Shown in pieces: positions 57,503 to 64,000 of a stretch of DNA of 64,000 bases (positions within the stretch are counted from its first letter, which is position 1; every line of letters starts with the position of its first letter). This DNA comes from an uncultured Candidatus Saccharibacteria bacterium. Lineage in GTDB: Bacteria > Patescibacteriota > Minisyncoccia > UBA6257 > UBA9933. The stretch is from positions 968 through 64,967 of the forward strand of contig CAYRXZ010000002.1 in NCBI GenBank assembly GCA_964428615.1, given 5' to 3'. Under the pieces are notes generated by a model. The model did not search any database. It saw only the letters and a list, made by a program, of their open reading frames with translations, and had not been told where the DNA came from. The position numbers were made by a program, and so were the translations under genes.

Positions 57503-58561
57503 ATGAAACCAATTTTAATTTCTGGTGTTCAGCCGACTGGAAAACTTCATATCGGAAATTATTTGGGAGCGTTAAAAAACTTCGTTGATCTGCAAAACTC
57601 TGGGAAATATCAGTGTTATTTTTTTATAGCTGATTTGCACGCGCTTACAGAAAATCCCAGCGCTAAAGATTTAAGTCGTAATATCCCAAATCTTATGACG
57701 GATTTTTTAGCTGCAGGCTTAGATCCTTCGACAGGCTCAGGACAAAACCCGAAAAAGTCAGTGATTTTTCAGCAATCTCAAGTCAGGTTCGTACAAGAAT
57801 TAAAGTGGATTTTAAGTACTCTTACGCCCGTAAGTGAATTGTTGCGAATGACCGCTTTTAAGGAAAAGATTTTACAGCCGCTAAAACCCTCAGAAAGGGA
57901 AAATATCACAAAAGAGAAATTTGATGAAATTGTTGAAGAGTCGAATTTTGGGTTGGCGGAGTATCCTATTTTAATGGCTGCAGATATTTTATTGTATAAT
58001 GCTCAATTTGTTCCTGTTGGCAATGATCAATTACAACATCTTGAATTTGCTCGAACACTTGCCAGGAAATTTAATTCAAAATTCGGCAAAACTTTTATTG
58101 AGCCAAAAGCCATTCAGACGAAAACGCCGAGGGTGATGAGTTTAGCGAACCCCGAGAAAAAAATGTCAAAGTCTCAACCCGAGAGTTGTCTTTTCATAGA
58201 CGATTTTCCGGAAGAAATAAAAGATAAAATTAAAAGAGCGGTGACAGATTCCGGCTCGGAAATAAAATATGATAAAAAGAACAAGCCGGCGATAAGTAAT
58301 TTACTTGAAATTTATTCGGCTTTAAGCGGTGAAACAATTTCAAAATTGGAAAGGAAATTCACAGGTAAAAATTATTCAACTTTAAAAAATGACTTGGCGG
58401 AACTTGTTACCGATTATTTTGCTGATTTTAGGAAAAAGAAAGCAGTTTTACTTAAAAACCCTGAAAAGCTATCTTCTGTTTTAATGGCTGGCTCAAAAAA
58501 AGCCGAGAAAATTGCTAATAAAAAAATCTTAGAAGTTAAAAAGAAAATTGGTTTGATCTAA
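57503..58561 (+). CDS. trpS: tryptophan--tRNA ligase
   Basis: SG.QPTG.LHIGNY.GA, YP.LMAADIL, PVG.DQ.QH, KMSKS. Confidence 0.97.
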   Translation: MKPILISGVQPTGKLHIGNYLGALKNFVDLQNSGKYQCYFFIADLHALTENPSAKDLSRNIPNLMTDFLAAGLDPSTGSGQNPKKSVIFQQSQVRFVQELKWILSTLTPVSELLRMTAFKEKILQPLKPSERENITKEKFDEIVEESNFGLAEYPILMAADILLYNAQFVPVGNDQLQHLEFARTLARKFNSKFGKTFIEPKAIQTKTPRVMSLANPEKKMSKSQPESCLFIDDFPEEIKDKIKRAVTDSGSEIKYDKKNKPAISNLLEIYSALSGETISKLERKFTGKNYSTLKNDLAELVTDYFADFRKKKAVLLKNPEKLSSVLMAGSKKAEKIANKKILEVKKKIGLI

Positions 58562-58626
58562 TTTGTAGGCTAAAAATGTTTTTAGAAGCGATTAATTTTA
58601 TTTTTTTTAAGCTTTATTCTTAAACC

Positions 58627-60114
58627 TTATCGGTGTTTTGGCGTAACCCAGAATCCAAGCCTGGATTTACCACCAATCATCATTCTTGTTTGCGCTTCCA
58701 ATCCTGGTATGGCACCAAACAAAATTAAAGTAATTGGCATTAAAATCCACTGGAGAACGTAAAAAATATAATGCCATTTTTTAAACCATTCCGGCTTTGG
58801 GGGAAGAAGAATAATACTTAAAATTGCCGAGCTTACAACCCCAATCATTGCTAAGGTCATAATAAATCTTGTTATCTGCGGTAAATTATATGAAAGCAAT
58901 GTAAGATTAAACTTTGTGCCACCTAAAAAAATCGGTAGCCAGCCTAATGCAAACAGTATAATTGCGTTTGTTGCCCACGAATGGAAACTTTCGAGAATAT
59001 TAAACCTCCAATATAATTTTTTAGTCCATGGAATTCTTTTCTTTTCATTAGAATCTTTTCTAAATCCTTCTAGAAAATAAGGGATATTTTCACATCCCCA
59101 ACCCCAGCGGCGCTGTTGTTTATATTGATTAATCATTGTTTTCCAAAAGCCCGGAGCGACATTTGCGTCCATTGAAACCGGATATAAAAGTGCTTCAACT
59201 CGCCAATTACCGCCGTAATGAAGATAGCATTGCCAAAAAATTCGTGAATCTTCAGAGACGACGTCTTTGTCCCAAAAATCCACCTCTACGATTGCCTTGA
59301 AAGACATTGAATGAGAAGAAAAAGTTGTTTGGCGTTCTGGCCGGGATTGCTGAATCATATGCCAAAAAGTAGAGGAAAACGCGATTACTCTTGCCAAGGC
59401 CGGCGCCTGAAAAATATTATTTGTAAATAGCGGAATTGGCTGAAAACTTGAATGTTGAGGATTTTCGCATGTTAAAAAAACATAAGTAAGCCTGCCAAAA
59501 TAATCAGTGGGTACCTGTGTATCAACGTCAAAGACTGACAATAAAATATTCTCGTATGAAATTCCCAATGGGTCTATTATTGATTTTTTTACCTCCTTCG
59601 CCGCCCAGGCTTGATTTGAGCCTTTGCCCGGAATTTCTCCCGGTAAATTCATCGGGTGGAAGACGGTTAAAAATTTAAAGAATTTATTACCGAATTCACT
59701 TTCTATTTTTTTAGCGGTTTCGCGCGCTTCTTCGCCTGCTTTTTCTTCGGGCGCTAAAACAACAATAACTTTATCTTTTGGATAATTTATATTCGCTAGC
59801 GCGTCAAAAGATTCTTTAACGACTTCATACTGTTCTTTATACATCGGTAAAATCAAAAGATGATGAACTTTTTGCCAATTTGCCAATTGTCGAACTTTCT
59901 CCAGCCAATCAATTTTTAAATTTTCCTGTATTTTTTTGAAGCTTACTCGAAGATGGAATGAAAGATAAATTGTTTTAAGTAGCCAATAAATATCAAAAAA
60001 AATAATAAAAATGGCCACCCAAGTCGGAAAAAACCAAGAAAATAAAAACATTAAAACTATAGTTATCCAGGCAAGAGCTCCCGGAATTATTTCAAAAAAT
60101 CTATAAAAAGTCAT
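58627..60114 (-). CDS. membrane glycosyltransferase family 2
   Basis: P.YKE, GKGSN, FDVD, SED, QQRRW; TM helices at both ends. Confidence 0.85.
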   Translation of the reverse strand: MTFYRFFEIIPGALAWITIVLMFLFSWFFPTWVAIFIIFFDIYWLLKTIYLSFHLRVSFKKIQENLKIDWLEKVRQLANWQKVHHLLILPMYKEQYEVVKESFDALANINYPKDKVIVVLAPEEKAGEEARETAKKIESEFGNKFFKFLTVFHPMNLPGEIPGKGSNQAWAAKEVKKSIIDPLGISYENILLSVFDVDTQVPTDYFGRLTYVFLTCENPQHSSFQPIPLFTNNIFQAPALARVIAFSSTFWHMIQQSRPERQTTFSSHSMSFKAIVEVDFWDKDVVSEDSRIFWQCYLHYGGNWRVEALLYPVSMDANVAPGFWKTMINQYKQQRRWGWGCENIPYFLEGFRKDSNEKKRIPWTKKLYWRFNILESFHSWATNAIILFALGWLPIFLGGTKFNLTLLSYNLPQITRFIMTLAMIGVVSSAILSIILLPPKPEWFKKWHYIFYVLQWILMPITLILFGAIPGLEAQTRMMIGGKSRLGFWVTPKHR

Positions 60115-61391
60115 AAAACCGATTTTATTCTGTCGCTTAAATCGCTTATTTTTATTCTTTCTTGTTTAGCGGTGTCGCGGTCGCGGACTGTGACAGTATT
60201 ATCTTCTAAACTGTCAAAATCAACTGTAATGCAAAACGGCGTACCAATTTCGTCTTGTGAGTAATAACGTTTGCCGATGTTTCCTCTATCGTCCCATGCC
60301 ACGGAAAAATATTTTTGCAGGTTGTCATAAATTTCTTTTGCTCTTTCAACTAATTTCGGCTTATTTGCGAGTAAAGGGAAAACTGCCGCTTTATAAGGTG
60401 TTAATCTTGGGTCGAGCTTTAAAATAATTCTGTCTTCTTCTTCGGTATATGCATCTAATAATAAAAACAAAAACATGCGGTCTACTCCACCTGAAGTTTC
60501 AACAATATTTGGGATAAATTTTTCACCAGCTTCCAGATCGGTATAGCTTAAATCTTGACCGGAAAATTCCGAGTGTCTAGATAGATCCCAATCTCCGCGC
60601 CAATGAATACCTTCCATTTCTTTACCCACGGGTGAAACGGCATATTCAACATCAAAAGCCTTTTTGGCATAATGCGCCAACTTTTCATGTTTATAAAAAC
60701 TAAGATTTTCCGGATGGGTAAAAATACTTTTAAACCATTTCATTCTCTCGCTTTTCCAATATTCAAACCATTTTTCCATTTCATTAGGGTGGCAGAACCA
60801 TTGTAAATCACATTGTTCAAATTCCCGTTGCCTAAATAAAAAATTGCCAGGCGTGACTTCGTTACGGAAAGCCTTGCCTATTTGGCAGACACCAAAAGGA
60901 ATTTTTAAACGCGACGTATTTAAAACATTCTTATAATTCAAATATATTGTTTGGCATGCTTCACCCCTTAAATAAGTATTCATTTTTTCACCTTCAATTA
61001 CGCCAAGTTGAGTTGGAACTAAAATATTGAAAATTTTCGGCTCGGTTAAATGTCCGTTACAATCAGGGCATTTGTCGCCATCAATATCATCTGCTTTAAA
61101 TCGATGATGACATTTTTTACATTCAACTAATGGATCTACAAAATTTTTAACATGACCACTAGCTTCCCAAACCTTAGGATTGGTGATAATAGCACCATCG
61201 ATACCAACAATATTGCTGTGTTCTTTAGTCATCCAATCCCACCACAATCTTTTTAGATTATTTTTCATCTCTACGCCTAGGGGCCCAAAATCGTAAAATC
61301 CTTGCAGTCCGCCGTAAATTTCCGAACTCGGAAAAACAAATCCCCGGCGTTTACATAAAGAAACTATTTTTTCCATTAAGTTATCAATCAT
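60111..61391 (-). CDS. glyQS: glycine--tRNA ligase (alpha2 type)
   Basis: SLCKRRGF, IYGG..G.YDFGPLG, GKAFRNE, REFEQ, IGKRY..QDEIGTP. Confidence 0.95.
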   Translation of the reverse strand: MIDNLMEKIVSLCKRRGFVFPSSEIYGGLQGFYDFGPLGVEMKNNLKRLWWDWMTKEHSNIVGIDGAIITNPKVWEASGHVKNFVDPLVECKKCHHRFKADDIDGDKCPDCNGHLTEPKIFNILVPTQLGVIEGEKMNTYLRGEACQTIYLNYKNVLNTSRLKIPFGVCQIGKAFRNEVTPGNFLFRQREFEQCDLQWFCHPNEMEKWFEYWKSERMKWFKSIFTHPENLSFYKHEKLAHYAKKAFDVEYAVSPVGKEMEGIHWRGDWDLSRHSEFSGQDLSYTDLEAGEKFIPNIVETSGGVDRMFLFLLLDAYTEEEDRIILKLDPRLTPYKAAVFPLLANKPKLVERAKEIYDNLQKYFSVAWDDRGNIGKRYYSQDEIGTPFCITVDFDSLEDNTVTVRDRDTAKQERIKISDLSDRIKSVL

Positions 61392-61393
61392 TT

Positions 61394-63184
61394 TTATTTG
61401 CCGACTATCGCTTCACTTGAAAGCGTGGCGGCCGAATTGGTTAATATTTTATTATTAAAATTATCTATTGCTTGAATTGTTGTCTTGCTTAAGATTGGCA
61501 TTAATTGGTTTGTTTGGGTAATGTCGGGAATTGCCTCTATTTGGAAAATTGCCTCTATCGGACTTAAGACTATTCCTTGAGTCGCTAAGACTTTGTCTAT
61601 GTTCCAAACTACCTCTTGAGTTCTTTCATTATAAGAAGGCAATGAATTTATATTACTTTTAACTTGTCCTGTCCAGTGAACGCCGGATTGCAAAAACCCG
61701 CTTATTTTAACATTGCTTATGTCAGTAGAATAATTAGTTACAGTCCAATGTATGGTAAAATTAGTTGGTTGATTTACCCTTAAGGGAAGTTGCCCCTTAT
61801 TACTTATTCCCGAGCTTGGGTCGTAGAAAAACAATTTAGGAATAATTATTACTGCGCCCGAAACGTTGTTTTTAAGACTGGCAAAACTGATTGTTTTGTC
61901 GCTCGTGACACCATAGGCTACTGTTGGTGAAGATATTTCAGCCGCAACATTCAACGTGAAGTTCTTATCGCTTTGCTTTTTGATAGGATAATCTTCTTTT
62001 GTCTGTATTTGAAATTCTACGTAATTACTGCCGCCCGGACTGACGACCTTAAGATTTGGCGTATTGGCGACGTTCCACGTTATGATGTTGTTTTTTGAAT
62101 CAAAAAATCCGTTACCGATTAAACTTTTGAAATCAAAAACTTCGCCGGTTAATTTAGCGGTTATCACCACGTCGTTGAGACCAACATCGGAAGAGTTATG
62201 GTAATTTATTTTGTATTTTAAAGTATCCCCCAAAGAAGCAATATAATTTAAATTGTCATTTAGGCTTATGTTTAAAATTAGCGGTGATGTGGCTATGCTT
62301 AATTGGGCAGATTTTTTATTAATAGAATATTTTTGTCCCAGAATTTCCGCAGTTATTTCGCCTTTGATTTCAAAATTATTTAAAGATTCGTTTGAATTTA
62401 CTGCTTTGCCAGTAATTATAAAATTGCCCCCATCGCTATTGGCGGGGAGAGAGCCAAATTCCCAATTGTCATTTTCAGAAAAAGGAGCTATTGTTGCGTT
62501 TTTGAATGTGAAAAAAATTGGATACTCTAATTTCAATTTTACGTTTTCAAATTGTATATTTGAAACATTTTGATAACGAATCTCAACTTCAAAATCTTCG
62601 TTGTTTAAAATTTTTTGAGGGGCGGAAATGTCTAATTTTATTGCTGGTTCTTTAGCAGAAACATCAACAGTTTTTGTTTGTTCAAATCGCGCTTTTGATC
62701 CTAGTGCGGGAGTGTAATAAGAAATCTTAACGTTAAATTTTTTAATTGCTTGACTATCGGAAATAATCACAATAGGGATTCTCTCTTGAAAATAAGCGTC
62801 TTTGTCGAGATCGCCGAAATTTTTATCATAAAATCTTTTTTCTTGGCTTTCTCCCGCGAAAAATGCTCCATCGGGCAAAACAAGTGATATTTTTACGTCA
62901 TTTAATGAATTATTAAAGTTATTTTTTACTCCAATGTCAACGCTAAACGGAACTCCTGACAGAGTATTTTGCGGGGCGTTTAGGGAAAAAGCGATATCTC
63001 GATTAACAAAATAAGAGTAAAGGTAAAAGCCTATTCCGGCGGCAACTAAAATAAAAACAGCGATTATCGTCCAAAAAATCGGTCTACTAATGCTGTCTAT
63101 TTTTGAGTAGATTTCCGAATAATCCTTTTTAGATTTCTGAAATTCTGTGCCCCAAGCATTTTTATTTAAATCATTTAATGCCAT
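61394..63184 (-). CDS. hypothetical single-TM protein with beta-rich extracellular domains
   Basis: N-terminal TM; repeated Y.I.Y.N..L..V and W...L segments resembling Ig-like/DUF11 domains. Confidence 0.75.
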   Translation of the reverse strand: MALNDLNKNAWGTEFQKSKKDYSEIYSKIDSISRPIFWTIIAVFILVAAGIGFYLYSYFVNRDIAFSLNAPQNTLSGVPFSVDIGVKNNFNNSLNDVKISLVLPDGAFFAGESQEKRFYDKNFGDLDKDAYFQERIPIVIISDSQAIKKFNVKISYYTPALGSKARFEQTKTVDVSAKEPAIKLDISAPQKILNNEDFEVEIRYQNVSNIQFENVKLKLEYPIFFTFKNATIAPFSENDNWEFGSLPANSDGGNFIITGKAVNSNESLNNFEIKGEITAEILGQKYSINKKSAQLSIATSPLILNISLNDNLNYIASLGDTLKYKINYHNSSDVGLNDVVITAKLTGEVFDFKSLIGNGFFDSKNNIITWNVANTPNLKVVSPGGSNYVEFQIQTKEDYPIKKQSDKNFTLNVAAEISSPTVAYGVTSDKTISFASLKNNVSGAVIIIPKLFFYDPSSGISNKGQLPLRVNQPTNFTIHWTVTNYSTDISNVKISGFLQSGVHWTGQVKSNINSLPSYNERTQEVVWNIDKVLATQGIVLSPIEAIFQIEAIPDITQTNQLMPILSKTTIQAIDNFNNKILTNSAATLSSEAIVGK

Positions 63185-63188
63185 TGTA

Positions 63189-63692
63189 TTAAAATAATAT
63201 TACTTCATTTTCTGGCGTTTTGGAAGCACAGCGTTTACATAAAAAAACTTGGTCAGTTTTCAAAAAAAATTCCGGCTTCTTTTTATTGCAATTCGCGCAT
63301 TCGGCAAAGGCGGGATTAAAACCTAAAACACTTAACAAGTCTTTACCAGAAACATTATTTTTATTTTTTAAAAGAATCCATAAATCATTATCGGGTTGAA
63401 GTTCGGGTGTCATTTCTTTGATAAATTGTACGGTCGCTAATGACTCTAGAGATCTCTCCATTTTTTTAAAAGCTAGGGCATCAACTATTTGAAAGCCGTT
63501 TTTTTTTATTAAACGTACTCTTGTAAAATCAAGGGGTTGAAGATGTCCAATTAGTTTTGAAGTGATTTTTCTAGCGCCTTTAGCTTTAGCTAAAACTTTA
63601 CCCAAACTTTTAGTATATAGACTTACAACCCTGTCATATTCGGCAAGGTCTTCAAATCCTAAAACTAATGCTTCAGTTAAAAACTCTTTCAT
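63189..63692 (-). CDS. recO: DNA repair protein RecO (short)
   Basis: TEALVL....E.DR...LYT..LGKV.A.AKG.RK..SKL.GHL; C-terminal CxxC..CxxC; ATG at 63692. Confidence 0.88.
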   Translation of the reverse strand: MKEFLTEALVLGFEDLAEYDRVVSLYTKSLGKVLAKAKGARKITSKLIGHLQPLDFTRVRLIKKNGFQIVDALAFKKMERSLESLATVQFIKEMTPELQPDNDLWILLKNKNNVSGKDLLSVLGFNPAFAECANCNKKKPEFFLKTDQVFLCKRCASKTPENEVILF

Positions 63693-63752
63693 ACGTGTTG
63701 ACAATAAAAAAATGTTCTATTATTATATCTATTATTATAATATTATTTATAT

Positions 63753-64000
63753 ATGAGCGATACACACAAAAGGGATGATAACTTTTTGGCAATAAGTATT
63801 TTGGTTGCCGCCATTTTAATTTCGGGGTCTGTTATTTATTCATTTGGAATAAAAAATCAAAATCCCCAAACAGCGGATTTAGAAGAAGCGGCTAAAGAAG
63901 CTATCGGCGCTTTGGACAAGCCTCAAATAGACGACAATGTTATTTTAGGAGATGCAAATGCTTCTCTCACAGTTTTTATTTTCAGTGATTATCAATGTCC
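63753..64000 (+). CDS. DsbA family thioredoxin-fold protein (partial, runs off window)
   Basis: N-terminal TM then ILGDANA..T...FSDYQC at the window edge; TTGACA-17-TATTAT at 63698. Confidence 0.8.
   Translation, partial: MSDTHKRDDNFLAISILVAAILISGSVIYSFGIKNQNPQTADLEEAAKEAIGALDKPQIDDNVILGDANASLTVFIFSDYQC

Noticed and set aside
1-64000. Alternative genetic code (TGA recoding as in Gracilibacteria/Absconditabacteria)
   Set aside because: Long core genes are intact under code 11 and several end in TGA

Overview
AT-rich bacterial chromosomal window that looks like a Patescibacteria (CPR, Parcubacteria-like) genome. This is inferred from gene content: short RpoB, VirB2-like pilin array, membrane-anchored Clp ATPase, ComEC lacking an MBL domain, and native genes without Shine-Dalgarno sites. 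It spans the likely replication origin (dnaN-dnaA / rpmH-rnpA-yidC-jag) and is mostly core genes (ruvB/C, rpoBC, recA, gyrA, four aminoacyl-tRNA synthetases, ribosomal proteins, smpB/tmRNA, three tRNAs). No CRISPR array, rRNA, transposase or prophage was seen. The most unusual signals are non-coding or sub-genic: (1) a promoter-driven, ~150-nt multi-stem RNA candidate with no ORF between ruvB and pilB; (2) 7-bp tandem repeats and REP-like hairpins sitting in-frame inside essential genes; (3) an apparent three-way split in translation initiation: -10 boxes 6-8 nt before ATG (leaderless-like), an AAAGGTCG leader motif 23-27 nt before ATG, and strong SD sites only on foreign-looking genes; (4) a membrane-anchored Mrr-like nuclease gene between 43-bp direct repeats next to tRNA-Glu; (5) two long perfect palindromes sharing a CGCTATAGCG core. 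All calls are by eye; no database search or folding program was run.
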